Positions 24,412 to 37,864 of a stretch of DNA of 64,000 bases are shown here, piece by piece. The stretch covers positions 595,550 through 659,549 of the forward strand of contig MU006094.1 of assembly GCA_010093705.1 (NCBI GenBank), in the 5' to 3' direction. Position 1 is the first letter of the stretch. The number at the start of each line of letters is the position of its first letter. Below the pieces are notes generated by a model, which was not told where the DNA came from, ran no database searches, and saw nothing but the letters and a program-made list of their open reading frames with translations. Origin of the DNA: Patellaria atrata CBS 101060. Taxonomy: Eukaryota. Position numbers and translations under genes: made by a program.

Positions 24412-25565
24412 ATGGCACTTACTAAAGCTCACCTTACCTCCATCTTCAGCACCATAGTAAGCTGCATTCAATAGTTATCCTTACAGAGATTAAACCACAT
24501 ACATTCTAACAAGCGTGCTAGTATCTCCTCATCCTCACCGCAATATCCGCGTACGCTGTCTTCATCATGGCTATCCTCATCTGAACTATACACTAAAACC
24601 CCATAGCTATGCAACCTACATCGCACATGCTCTCTCACTTCCTCTCCCCACCGCAATCCCCAGCCTCGCCACCCTCACCCCTTCCATGGCCGGCCTAAGC
24701 GCTCTCTACCTGCTTCCCCGTGTCCCCACGTCCATGCTAAGGCAGCTCACTCTAAACAAGAAGTCACAGAAGGCAACGCTAACTCGCATCCTATTCTTCC
24801 TCTTACTCACCGTCTATGAGACCGTCCTGGCCACCCTAGCGGGAAACTACATCTCCTCCAGCACTCAAGACTGCGGGCTCCAAGAGCGATGGAAGTCCCT
24901 CTACCGCGCCAAGGACATCACCGGCATCAAACGCATCCAGGATTCGGGTGAGTGCTGCGGCTTTAGGAGTGTCTTTGATATGGCGTACCCGTTTCCCGGT
25001 AAGGGACATCCCAAGAGCACGTGTTCGGAGATGTACGGAAGAAATAGGAGTTGTTTGGGCAGCTGGAGGGGAGAGGAGAAGAAGGTTGCGGGGTTGGTCG
25101 TACTGGTTATCGTAGGTGTGTTTGTGTGGGAGGTGAGTTCCGTCCATGTCTCCTTTTTCATCTTTTGCTCTTTCCTCTTATCATATTTTCGAAAGCCAGT
25201 TTTTAGAAGTCATTTTCTTCCGCTAATACCCCATTCCTTAGCTTATTGTGATCTTCCTTGCATCTCCAAGCGACCAATCTTCTTGGACCTCCCCCCTCCG
25301 GCCCTTCTCTCGCCTCTTCTATCTACCTTCTGATCAGGATGTTGTGAACGGCCGCAACCGACAACGCTTCCTCGAAGATGGACCAAACCGTAACCGGTAC
25401 TCCGATAATCCCGACGCCGAGGGGGACGGTGGTCACGCCATCGAGGATGCAGGACGGGTGAGCGAGGATCTGCTCGAAGGAGACAGGGAGGATGAAGATG
25501 AGATCGGAAGGAACAATTGGGTCGGAGTGGAGGGAAGGGTACAGCCTTCGAGACTTAGGGGGTAG
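24412..25565 (+). CDS. TSP3: Fungal tetraspanin, Tsp3-like
   Basis: Spliced MALTKAHLTSIFSTI|YLLILTAISA|YATYIAHALSLP...; EC2 region CGLQERW...RIQDSGECCGF...C...SCLGSW; hydrophobic TM segments; acidic C-tail after a third intron. Confidence 0.78.
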
Positions 25566-26888
25566 GTGGCCTGGTCTACCGTTTGGGATGATCGGAATGA
25601 CGGGGAAAGGGAGGAAGGTGAGTTATCAAAAGAACACTGGATGCGTATATAGAGTGTTCGTAGTTTAGTCGTTGAGTTGAAAGCGAATATATGACGTCCT
25701 TATACCCCCTGGTGTCTCCTTTGCCGCCGCCCATATGAAAGCCGAAGTCCCTGCCTCGGATATCACAGAGATAGACCAACGTTCATGGCGGAACCCGATC
25801 CAATCCCTCGACGAAAAAGGAGAAGAGGTCTGCTCATCATGTACTTGGAGTGGTTACTTCGATCATCCCGCCCATACCGTCACTCCCACGGTTCACTTGC
25901 ATCGTGCCATTCCTTATACACGAGGGGATCAAGTGCGAACCCGAGCAGGATTACGGAGGAGGTAGTTGGGCTTCCGTCCGGGAAGTTGGTGTAGATTGGG
26001 CTATGATGAAGGATTAGAAGAGCCTGATCTGGAGGAGACAAAATATGATAAAGGACATAAGTAACCACCCCACGGACAGAAGACCAAGAGTAACAGGAAG
26101 CGAGAAATACATGCCACGGACCGCAAAGGGGATCCAGGAGCATTTCCCCCAAAAGATACCGCAGATGGTGCAAGCTGCACCTCACATGTTCATAAACGCG
26201 ACTCACAGGCTCGAACATTCTCTCATTCACAACCCTCCCTCTCAAACAAACGGACCCGCCCCTCCCAAACTCAGAGTCAAGACCCCTCCTTTATGTTTAG
26301 AAAAAGACGGAATACCGAACAATTCCGCCGTGGTCTAGTTGGTTTTCCTTATTTTCCCATTTTTCTTACTTCCCCTGTTCGAGTCTTGTCATCACCAACT
26401 TAATCCACACTGGGTAGAAGATAAACGAAAATCGCCCCTGGGTGGTTTTCTTGGCCCTTATCCTTCTCTAAGGATAAGGGTGTTGTTTTGCTCTTTTCTT
26501 TTTCTCTCCTTTATTTTTCTTTTTGGATGGCGATGAGGGTTGATGGTTAAGGGGAAGATAGGAAGGGGGATGAAGTTTTCTTTGACCATGAACCTGCAGA
26601 TGAATTATAGGAGAAATAAAAACAAGATAGAAGCGGAACAGATCTTAGAGGGTTGATAGTTCTATCACAAAACTTAAGTTTGACTTCGGCGATACACACT
26701 TGCGCAGTGCGAAAAACGGGAGATAACAAGGACAACATCTATCATTGAATAATACCTTATATTAACATCTATCTTTATTTTTAAGTGTCTCGCATGAGAG
26801 AGAACCACCCATGATTCAGTTCTACACAGATTCGCGCTCATTACAATCGAGAGGTAATGGAAGCTCCAATTATCGCGCTGAGAGAAAT

Positions 26889-28958
26889 CTACTCACCATC
26901 CTTCCCTTTATTCGAAGTTCTACGAGGATTCAACCCTAACTCAATCCCTTTGATTTGTAATGCGAGGCTCCTAGAGTTTGATCTACACAGCAGCAGATTA
27001 CCTCCCATATACCACACGCCAGGATGACCTGAAGGACGCCACATCTGGTTATCGTCAGTCTTTTCTCATCTCCCACCCCTCACCAACCAGAAATAGGGGT
27101 AACTGACCGCATTGAATTCACCTTCCTCATCCATCCCCCACACGTCCTTGCATTGATCCGCAATCTCATCTCCCAACGTTTTCCTCAAACTAGTCCTCAT
27201 GTTCTCATACCCAGTAGCAAGGACGACAACATCAGCGTCCAGCTTTCGTCCGTCCGCCAGGATCAGATGTTTCTCATCGAACCCACTAATGCCGTTCTCG
27301 CTCCTCATAGCCCTGATCTTTCCAGCAGCAATGAGCTCAGAGCAGCCAACGTCAATGTAATACCCGCCCCCTTGACGGTAATAGTTCGACAGGATCCCAG
27401 CTCCACCGATTCCCGAGTCTACCGCAAATCCCGCTTTCTGCAAGCCGATGAGGAGGTCTTTGTCAGCGGCGGTGATCTGATCAGTGGCGTCTCTTAGCAT
27501 TCTGAAGTAGATAGGCAAAGGCACAGATTGCTCATGCACGTCCGCATCTTCGGTCTCAGGGCCTCCCTCTCCGTACATTGTTTGTGTGAGCATGGGTAGT
27601 CCTTTGTCGCCGGTGATGACATATGTAGGACTGCGCTGGATGATGGTGACATCTGCACCGGCTTCATAATAATTCTGTGCGATATCGTGCCCGGAGTTAC
27701 CCGTCCCAACCACAACCACTTTCTTTCCCTGGGAATTGCCGTGAGTGCTCGCATCCTGGTGTTGAGATCCGTGATAGAGAGTGCCTTTGAACTGATCTTG
27801 CCCAGGGAACGTTGGAATTTTTGGCTCTCCAGAATGGCCAGTGCAGAAGACAACGTGCTTAGGGCGGAAAGTCCGTTTCTCACTCTTGTCCTTACGGGAT
27901 AGAGTTATAGTCCACGACATAGCTTCATCGGACCATTTGGATTCGACGATCGAGGTTTGTAACCAAACGTTAAGCTCCAGGAGGGAAGCATAAGCTTCGA
28001 AGAAATCTGCAATCTTGTCCTTCGGGGTAAAAGTAGGCCAGGTGCTGGGGAATGGCATGTACGGGAGATGACACATCTGCACTGGGTCATGCGTGACTAA
28101 GGTCTACCCATCGTTAGAGTTGACTGGATATCTTACGCATGATATAGATACTTACTCTATATCGTTTACGCCAATTATCTCCAATTCGCTGATTACGATC
28201 TATTAGAAGGCAAGGTACACCTATAGCTTGAAGCCTTGCGCCAATCATTAGACCAGCTTGACCTACAGAGTGTGAGAGCACGCTAATAATAAAGTCATTG
28301 AAAAGATTTAGATGGTCTTACCTGCTCCCACAATAAGAACTGTAGGGTCGTCATCTAAAAATTCTCTTTGGCGTTCCCGTCTTTCAAACCAGTTGCCCTT
28401 AACTTTACCCTCATTGAGGGAGTTCTTTCCCCCATGCGGTCGGTCGTGACCAGCAGCTTCTTCATGGCCCTTCAACTCGAATAGAGCAGTAGAGATTAGA
28501 TACCCTTTCCACTGGCCATGAACATCTTGAGTTAGCCTAATCATGCCTCTACCACGTCCCACTGCGGTTTCGAATGTATACATTGATTCCACCCATTGCA
28601 AGGGACCTAGATCTGCTAAAATCGGAGGCAGTTTGGTAGGTTCTCGGATCTTGAGATTGCTGAACCCAATCTTTTTCAGATTAACCTCATTTGAGAAGAG
28701 AGAGTTGATCTTTTCCAACGTGTGGAATGTTCTCAGGTCCCACGTCAGGGTGACAGCATCCCGCCACCAACAATCGTCGTGGAGGATGGACGACAGTTGA
28801 GATGCATCACCGCTAGCTAGGACATGCTCGAAGTTTGCAAGCCATTCTGTTGCAACGGCACGTGGATCAATCTCCTTAGGTGGTTTAACTGGGGATGGAG
28901 GAAGCTCAAGTACATGAGGATAGCTGCCAGCTTTAGGTGAAAGAAAATCTGTCGTCAT
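26889..28958 (-). CDS. Flavin-containing monooxygenase (fungal YUCCA-like with N-terminal extension)
   Basis: GAG|QAG FAD motif, IGDNWRKRY, TLVTHDPVQMCHLPY, F-x-G-x3-HGS, VGTGNSG NADPH motif and LATGY; last exon MWRPSGHPGVWYMGGNL; three introns. Confidence 0.92.
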
Positions 28959-29695
28959 TGTAATTTTACGACTTATGGATGAAAGTTGAGTGGGAAAAGA
29001 GCATAGATAGGTAAAGAGTGATGATAGAATTGAATATATAAGCTCACAACTGAAGAGATGGAAGTACTGGGTCAGTTACCCCTTGAAGAACAACTCCCTT
29101 TTGTCGACTCTATTTGTAGTTTGAATACGACTTACGGTTAGAGACTTTCCGTCTGTTTCGGTTTTCGATCGGTATAGGACTACCCCACGACCCCTCAGCG
29201 TGGAGTTGCTTCATACTGCGGGGTTGACCAACAAGAGCTCCACTTGTTGAACGAAACATCTCGTCTATCGGTACTGGATTGGTGTGTATAACATACCGTA
29301 AGCGTGATCTAATCGCGGAATATCGTTATAGGAAATGTTTAGGGGATCAAACCTAATGGGATAGGCCACTCTATGGCATGAATGGCGGATACTGACATAA
29401 TGCCCTATTTCCGGTACTAGAAATATATAGACTTTTAATCACCCCAGTCTCCGTAGCCGGGATAGAAAGCTACTCACGAAATCATATATTACATTCGAAG
29501 TGCTCATTCCTAGCTGAGGCACTGTTGCTTTCGATTTACCCCTGGATATCTGTCAAGAGGATGAACTTCACGAAGAGTGTTGTAAGTGACGTAAGAGAAT
29601 AGGAAATGTAATGATGAAGGCTACAATCACATCATATTCTAGCGTCCCTCTGCGCTAATATCAGCTATAGAGAAGGAACAATAAGACACTTCCCG

Positions 29696-30605
29696 TTAAC
29701 AAGTGCAGTGTAGGTCTCCCCCAACCCCATCTCCACCGTGGTGTCCTCCTGCAACTTCTTTCGCCCGTGCTTCAGCCGCATACCGACGGATGCTAGACTG
29801 TAAAGCAAACTTCACCTCGTCCGTAGTCATCCAAGCTGTATCCAAAGCATCGAAGGCCCGTTTCACAATGGCCCTGCTCTGAAAGGGAATTTCCTCAAGC
29901 ATAGCTTCGACTTTGACTTCCGGAACCGCTGTGATACTACTCACAAGTGCGTCGACCATGGACAAAATGCTCTCTTCCTCGCTTGCGGATTGTTTCAAGT
30001 ACAGAGAATACCGAGTATCGTCGCAACGGAAGGTTACCTCACCAGCTACAGATAATTAGATTCCTATTGATGAGTTGCTCTGTCCCCTCCTATGAAGACT
30101 TACATCCATACTGTCCATGCTCTAGACCGTGACCACATCCGAAGGCCCATTGTCCACCTTCAAACGCAGCAAACAGAGCACGGCAGCTGCCATAGTTGAG
30201 GTCTTCCAAATCATGGAACAAAGCACAACTCTCGAAACTGATCTCGGCAATGACTCCATTAACCAATACTGATATATGAGGTAGATTGTTGTTCGCGCAT
30301 GACTTCGTTCCGATGATATCGCAGAGTTTATCAATGGCATCCTCCGCTAAAGATTGAAATACGAATGTACGCGGAACGCAGGCGAAGGAGCGTTCAAGTA
30401 GGCGCTCAGGGCTGTAACAGTTAGGCGATCGCTTGGCCGACGGTGCGTTGAAAGATTCATTCCGCTCCATACGATGATCGAGATTGGGTTGACGGAAGGC
30501 TAGCTTAGTTGGAGATAATAAGCAACCGAGAAAGACAATGAGAGTCGCGATTGCCGATGGAATGCCGCTCGATCTTCGTTTGCGAGAACTACGTGGTTCG
30601 TTCAT
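29696..30605 (-). CDS. Hypothetical two-exon protein (about 283 aa) with an N-terminal hydrophobic segment
   Basis: ORFs 30090-30605 and 29696-29998 join in frame through a GTAAGT...CTAAT...TAG intron at 30046-30103. Confidence 0.55.
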
Positions 30606-31875
30606 GGTAATGGAATCTAGTATGGTTTGTTGAGTGTAGTAGAATAAGATATTTTTAGAGAATTCTTTTTAGAATTTAGGAATTTATTGAGCGCGTTCCG
30701 AAGTTTGATCCGTGACTTAGTTGTGCCAGCAGAAATATATCATCTGGGATATCTATCCTGCACTTGTGACAGCTATGTGGAACTTTCATATTTCATGTGT
30801 ACACAGAATATGCATTAAGTGAAGAAGACAATTGACACGTAATTAGTGAAATCGAGACACCGATAGAGATGAACGGTTATGGATAAAACATGATGAAAAT
30901 CAACTCCTCGAATAATGTGGTCATGTAATTGACGTTGAGACGGTGAGGAGGAGACTGTATGATGCGAAAGTAGTCTGGCACTATCTTAGGAACTTATTGC
31001 CTATAGGGTTCGTTGGACCTTGAGGATATTCAGCTTCCAAGGCCACGTACATAGTGAACTGGGCGAACAACAGCCAGCTGCCGATACGCTTACCCTGTAC
31101 ATACGACGGACAGAATACAGCAAGCATACAGCAAGTGAGGATTTGCAAACCTGACAAAAGAGATAGAATTGAAATACGCATTCAATTCATTACCTTGCAG
31201 AACACCCGCTGGTCTTATCACTCAGCTGTTCACAAAATTTGTAAGGTATGATACATTTACTCAATAACGCTGTGATATATCTGATGGATGCAGAAGAGGT
31301 TGAGATTTAATCTTGAGGTTCATCTTCGAAAGATGAGATGGGTACACGGCTTAACCTCGGAAATTGAACGAGAAGTCTAGATACCAACCTCATCCTGGTC
31401 CAACGTCACTCAAACATGCTCTACACTCTCATTATCCGATGCTATTCTGCATGCGATACTCAAGAAATGCATCAAATGTGGAAATCCCGGAAAGCGTCTG
31501 TATCTCCACTCACTCTTACCACAACCCCCCTCATTCACTGTAGAACTACGCTTGCTGTGCATTCATTGAACTGGTCTTCAAATACGGACTGTTAGCTAGT
31601 AAACAGAAAACAGCTTCATCACGAATTCTCATTACGTGTAGCTAGCCGGACATTGACTACAAATGACTGTACATGGAATGGGATGATTTATTGGTAAGGC
31701 GTTAGTATAACTTGGGTGTTTGGTCTAGTCCATTCACTGCATATATTTGAACTCAAAGATGGCCTGGAGTACGGTCCTCAGGAGTTGAGGTATGGTATCT
31801 ATTCTATGTCCTTTCGTTACGTTTCAGTATAAGGTATGATAAGTAGTCCGTCAGATCCACCTAGCTATGACTACA

Positions 31876-32933
31876 TCAGAGCCACGGCGGCCTATAACTT
31901 GTGGGCACCATCCTCGTGATCACGAAGAAGAACGGAGACGCCACATCCACTATCAACGGATGATCGACCAGATAATTTCTCCACGGCCATACTGCTAATT
32001 CATTCCTCTCCTGCAACCCCAAACTCGCCACGAACCGCTGCAAGCGCGCCTCACCCCAAACCTTACGCCCTTCCTTCGCCGCTTGGACATCTAGGCCGGG
32101 TAAATAGTCCTGTATGCTCTCGGGAACCTCATCGAAGCGTGAGATCGACAGCCTCAGAGCATATTCGAGAGCGCCCCGACCGACGTATGGAGTGTTGGTG
32201 AAAGGCGTGAAAAACTCAGTCGTCTGATAATGACGGCCCCAATCCCACAGAGTGGACTTAGGGGAGGATATCGGCTGGACCGAACGGTGAAGGTGGAACA
32301 GGAAGATGGAGAGTTCGCGGGAGCAAGGGGGAAGAGTGGACTTTAGTAATGAAGGACTCGCGTGATAAGTGCTCAGGAAGAGTTTATTGGTACGGAGAAG
32401 ATCCGGAGGGCCGGGGAAGAAGGAATTCCATGTGAGTATGCGGAAGTTGAGTTTACGCTTACAGAGCTGTTAGCGTTGGCTTAGGGACCAATAGGTTTCA
32501 GTTTGCGCGTACTTGGGTACAGACTCACTTACTTCAAGGCTTTTTAGAGTTTCTGTAATCACTTCGCATGTCTTATCATCACCTAGATCCTTTCTCCTCC
32601 ATGGTTTCAAGACAGGATCGAAGTGGTGTAGAACCCAGTTGCGGTTCACGTGACGGATGATAATCGGACGAACGGCAAGCACCCAGTGATTTACAATCAG
32701 ATCTGTTAGTTCCGTTGGGAGTTTGTTAGCTGTGATTTTGGAGAGTATGCTTTCTTTCGTGGGGCGTATGCTGTATATGAGAAGACTCGTGGAGAGCGCA
32801 TCGCTATCGATTGGGATACCGTAAATGAGATGAGTTTCGAGCTATGGACTGAATTCAGTGATAATATTGTTTCTATATTCAGTGGTACTTGTACCCTATT
32901 TCCCCCAAGTGGGTCCATGTCCCCGAAATACAT
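31876..32933 (-). CDS. Hypothetical four-exon protein (about 270 aa)
   Basis: Exons 32933-32895, 32841-32820, 32702-32533 and 32457-31876 join in frame via three GT-AG introns. The last exon is 194 codons with no internal stop. Confidence 0.62.
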
Positions 32934-33458
32934 GGTGCTGAATAGATGGTGATGTTGAGTTATAATTCTTGCAGTGATAATCCTAATAGCTGTGTAATAA
33001 CAATACTGCGGCCTCCTAAGACGCAGCGTAATTGACTAAGGCTTATTGGTTCTGAGGTAATTGCGTTTAATCCAAGAGCATATCAATGAATTCTCTCTAC
33101 CGGAGTTAGTCTTTAACCACAGTCTGATATGCTGGAGACCTCACTGTGACGACAAAATCTTTAAGCTGATATCCGTAAGCTGACTATAGCCCTAAGTCTT
33201 CATTAGATCTCCCGAAATAGTCGCTTTCTTGAGCAGAAACTATAGTGTCGTTTCCGGAGGCCGGTGGTCGGTGGACACGCGCGATATAGATAGTATTGAA
33301 ATTCCGAGGAGATTTTTACGCTGGATGAGATCTTTTAGTTTCTAATAGCGAATTTGCCAAACCATTTTCGAGACCTAGACTGTGCAAAGTTTTAGAATGA
33401 GGGGCAAAAAGAAGAGAAAGATACCGTTTATAATGCAAAAAGAATTGGTAAAAGACGA

Positions 33459-33560
33459 TTCCATTGCGGGGAATTGAACCCCGGCCTTGTCGGGGCCCTG
33501 AAATCAGTCGTATAGCTGAATTCTGAGAGCGACAAATCCTAGCCACTAGACCACAATGGA
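33459..33560 (-). tRNA. tRNA-Glu(CTC): tRNA-Glu (anticodon CTC) with 30-nt intron
   Basis: Acceptor TCCATTG/CAATGGA, A-box TGGTCTAGTGG, anticodon stem TGTCG/CGACA, intron after position 37, T-arm CGGGG-TTCAATT-CCCCG and downstream TTTT. Confidence 0.95.
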
Positions 33561-33789
33561 GTTATAGTAAATTTGAGAGAGATAGTTGTATAGAATCTCA
33601 CGGATCTGGTACACTGGGTGGGGAATGGAAATGACTATTTCAGGTGCACGGACGCTTTTCTTTTAACATCCGCCAAGAAGTACTAACTCACCAACGGCAT
33701 TAGCTCCGTATACACATCAACGTCAGGCTGGAAATTTCTAAGGTAGTTCTCAATCTCCATCACTTGTAGCTCCCTCACGATATCCCTTA

Positions 33790-35000
33790 TCAAAGTTTTA
33801 GCTTCTCTATGATATACCTAAGCTTAGGGCTTGGCTGTTCCATCGTTCGCTCTACATAACTAAGTTCCTTACTCAAATCTTGGTATAAATCATCAAGAGT
33901 TTAACGAGTAAAGTCCAAACTTCCAGTGTTATTCAAGACCATTAAGATCCTAACCTTCATTTCGTACCGTAGTGCGTTCCAGCCCGAACGGCGCCGAGCC
34001 ATGAAAATGTTTTGAAGCTCTAGTTTCGGTGAGAGGACGAATTTCGAGGACGAATTATTCGAATGAAAGCAATGGATCAATGGGTAGGAGAGATACTACA
34101 TTTAGAATCACTCTTCAAGCCCAAAACTCACCTCGTCTGATGCTAGGTTCATGTAGTCGACCCTGATTTGGAAGAAGCGGCCGAACAACATCATCAGTTG
34201 GTCGAAGTCGGCTGGACTATGAATTATCAGTATCCGAATCAATAATGATTAGATAGACCCACTTTTTCGCTTCACTTTCAGCTTTCATCAGTTGATTGAT
34301 CATTAAGAAAAGACGACCGGTCTCTTTCCTATGTTAATCTACACTTTTACGTTCTCATGCTGAACTCACTATTGTCAACCATTGTCAAGTATTCTTCCTC
34401 GCTAGGGCACTCTGTAAGGTACGTAGTGTCTAGATCTATACTTTGTCCTAGCAGCATATTCGATACGCCCTCTATGTTTGGTGTCAAATACAGTTTGAAA
34501 ATACGGCTTGTTAGAACTCCTACCTATCACAAGAGCAGTACACTCTATTTCTGAGCTTCTGTGCCTCAGCTACAGCTTTAATCAGGATATAGGTCGAAGA
34601 GTTGATAGTTTGGCCAATTCCAAATATAGTATGTGCGGTAGGCATTCCTCGGCGGAGAATGGAGTTGTCCTCAATGTCATCGAACCTAGGCAGTCAGCTT
34701 CGGGATTCATACGGTATGTACAATTCACGACGTCAAAGAAGACGTATGCAACAGATCTACCACGCTTTTAATCGTTTCCAAGGAACCTTCGGGCACGTGA
34801 TGCCATGCATTCAAAGCATCGATCAACACGTCTTTCACACCTTTCGATGGGGGAGAATTGATGTAGCGGAATGGTGCGAGGATGATTTATCTCGATGAGT
34901 GAAGAGTGTTACGTAATTTATGTGCACTTACACACTCTCGAGGTGGGCTCCATTCTCCACTTTCTCCTTGAGGTGATCCTTCTGGTTCGACCTGCACATG
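33790..35000 (-). pseudogene. Geranylgeranyl diphosphate synthase / trans-prenyltransferase pseudogene
   Basis: Multi-exon remnants [44 protein letters not shown] (FARM), GQSIDL, CPSEEEYLTMVDNKTG and FFQIRVDYMNL. Lesions: in-frame TAA 33901-33903, SARM D>V, frameshift near 34545, mutated acceptor near 34887 and a missing EDLDEGK segment. 5' limit uncertain. Confidence 0.88.
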
Positions 35001-35578
35001 GGTTTGGATAGGACCTCGTCAATGAAACATATGTAACGTAACTCAGGTAGTTATGCCTCGGACAAATATTGACACACCATGAGATAACGTGTCACGACAC
35101 TGACCCTGTATTTCCTACCTATTTTGACTGATTTACTGATGTTTAGTTTGTTTACCTAGAACCGGGATGTGCGGGAACCACTAGTTTTTTTAACCACCAT
35201 AACCAGCGCCTTAGGATCTGTATACGCACAATATTTCACAACCTACTAGTAGCGGTGTCTTGTATAGCGCCTCCATGCATGCACAAAAGCACGATTTAAA
35301 ATCAGAAAGGGAAAGTTCATGCAAGTACTACTATCTTGTTTCTGCTCACAAAATGTCTAATCGTCGAAATTTGAGGTTACTAGTCAGAGCCCAAGCATTC
35401 TAGTGGGCAGACATAAGTGTAAACCAGGGTGGGGTAAGTGGGAAAGGGGACAAATCATCAGTTCAAATTTACCCAAAGTTTTGGACTCAATGTGCTTAGT
35501 ATCATAAAAGGGATTATATCATAATTGTAATTTGCGGAGTTGTTGGTTATGCGATACCGGTAGGTATAAAGAGATAGG

Positions 35579-37429
35579 TTACTCTTCTACCAATAACGGT
35601 GGAGGCCGAACGTTCTCTGGGAATGTAGCTTCCCATACGGCCATGACCCGAAGCATCGTCCCTTCCTGGTTCTCTGGAGCTAACATGTGGAGCGCAAGTG
35701 GTCTTCCGTTGAAATTTACAAAGCCTAATAGGAGTTGTCCACTGGAAAGCCTGAGGCAGAACCAACGCTGCCAGTGCGGGAGTCGCAAGGGCCAAGGATG
35801 ACATCTAGATTATACTCATCAAGTAGTTTCTTGACACGACCTGAAGCGAAGCTTCGTAGAGCTTTTATGCTTCTCTTAAACGCTTCTTTCGTCGTCTGGT
35901 CATCTCTTGCAGCTTCTAGGAACGACTGATTCTCATTCCCTACACTAATTAGTCTCATGGCGACAACTGTTGCTTGCACTTACCAGGATTCAACTCCTTT
36001 TCAGCATGTGCCTTATTGAAGTCAACGAGCTCCTCGATATTCCGCGGTGCGTTCTCAAAGTGAGCTAGGAAGGCGGAAAAGCAGTTACGAAACGCACATG
36101 CTATATATATCAGCTCTGGCACACTCAATCGACCAGTGTAAAATGCGATGCATAAGGTAGAGATTTTCCATATTTTCCGTATGGGGCATTGCACCGACAA
36201 TCTCGTCCCATGAGGGGATTGGCATAAATAGAACAACTTTAGCTCCAAGAGAGCGTATTTTGTCTGCTGCAGCAAATAAAGCCGCATCAGTTTGTTCGAA
36301 ATACCCCTCTATGGTTTCCATTGCAGACGGGTATGACCGCCACTTTGTTGGGTCCAAAAAGCCCACCTTGAGGCCTTCTCAAGATGACACTAATGGCAGA
36401 TACTTCTCAAGGGCATCGCCTTGCATTATCGCCGCAAGATGTGCCAAGTCAGTGACATTTCGCGCGAACCCTCCTAAACTATCAAAGCTAGGGGCTGCAG
36501 GTTGAACAGCGGTGTTGTCAATTAATCCTGGTGTTATTTTCAGCGCGTAAAGGCCAGCGCGACAAGTAGGCATGATTATAGAACCTTCAGACTCTGTATC
36601 AATGGATATTGGTACAAAACCTGCTGCAACTCCAGCAGTGCTCCCGGAAGATGAGCCAGCAGGGGTCTAAGACATATTAGAAGAGGACGCAGAAGGAGTA
36701 CATCGCGCATACCGACTGACTCAGCCATGGTGATTTGGGAACAACACCCCCTTTGACATAAGGTGTCTGCGTCTGGAACTATGATCAATGCTTCATTTCA
36801 CGCAAAAGAGGATAGTTTTTACCTGGCCACCGGCCGCCGATCACCCGGCCATTAGCGCGGTACCCTTTTGATTGCCTAGTTTCTGGAGGTGTCAGTTAGC
36901 TTGACGCATATTGGACACTTGGGATACACCAGATATCCTACCGACATGTTAGTTTTACCAACAATAATCATACCAGCTTCTAGGAGCTTGTCTACCACTC
37001 TTGCATTTGCTTTTGCCCTTGCCTGGCCTAAAGCAAAGCTTCCACATGTAGTGGGCATTCTGAGCTCCGGAGTCAAGTAAGCATCCTAGCACATGTGAAC
37101 AATGCGAATAACGGCTGATACAGAGAGCTCATCCGTACCTTCACCAGGACTGGAACACCATGAAAAGGCCCACGAACCGAACTTTTCTCTCGCTCATTAT
37201 CCAGTCGGTATGCATTTTCCAGCACAGTATCCCAAGGGGTTGAGATAACGGTATTAAACTTTAATCATGCGTGATTGTGCTTCTCTATTTGCTCGAGGTA
37301 TAGAGCGGTAAGATTGATGCTGCTGGTAGCATTCTCTTGCAGCAGGCCTTGGATTTCAACTGCAGTCAGAGTGTTAGCGTGAGCCTTGGGTATTATGAAA
37401 ATATGGAGAGCTGTACGCTTTGGCGACAT
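35579..37429 (-). pseudogene. Amidase signature family pseudogene
   Basis: RGPFHGVPVLVK|D, IVGKTNMSE, PAGSSSGS and TESEGSIIMP. In-frame TGA at 37265-37267, 36841-36843 and 36379-36381; mutated donor TTATGC at 36155; frameshift near 35735. Confidence 0.88.
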
Positions 37430-37864
37430 GGTCTTGATTGATTTGATATAGAACGAAGCAGAAGATATTGTGAATATTTACTGTAGAGAACGTTGCATTA
37501 CTTGCTGGTTAGAGCTTGACAAAGAAAAGCAGCCACTTTTCTTTGTAGCAGCAAACTAACATAGTGCTCTATCGGGAGCTACCCGTACGGCAGGTGAATT
37601 CTGTTGGACCTATGTTTTCAATACTCGTTAGACTAACTACTCATTCTGTTAGCGACTTCTATATATTATGTGAGAAATTGATGTTCTGTCATATTATACT
37701 GTACTTTGTAGAACTACAACTAGACTAGAATTATCCCTGTCGCTATCAGCCAAACACCTTTAGACTTTTCCAGGTTTGATTCAAGTTTACTTCTTATAAA
37801 GCGAATAGATTATCGAAGTTATATGTTATTTTAGCTTTGAAGACGGTCTTTCCCTATCTTTCAC

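Noticed and set aside
25735..26536. Short ORFs downstream of the tetraspanin
   Set aside because: Conflicting overlapping frames with no motifs; likely UTR or intergenic.
22247..28958. OYE (EasA-like) plus FMO as a secondary-metabolite cluster
   Set aside because: There is no backbone enzyme, and a tetraspanin lies between them.
35579..37429. Stop-codon readthrough or A-to-I rescue of the amidase TGA codons
   Set aside because: One TGA replaces a likely Gly, and the gene also has a dead splice donor and a frameshift. Neighbouring genes are decayed too.
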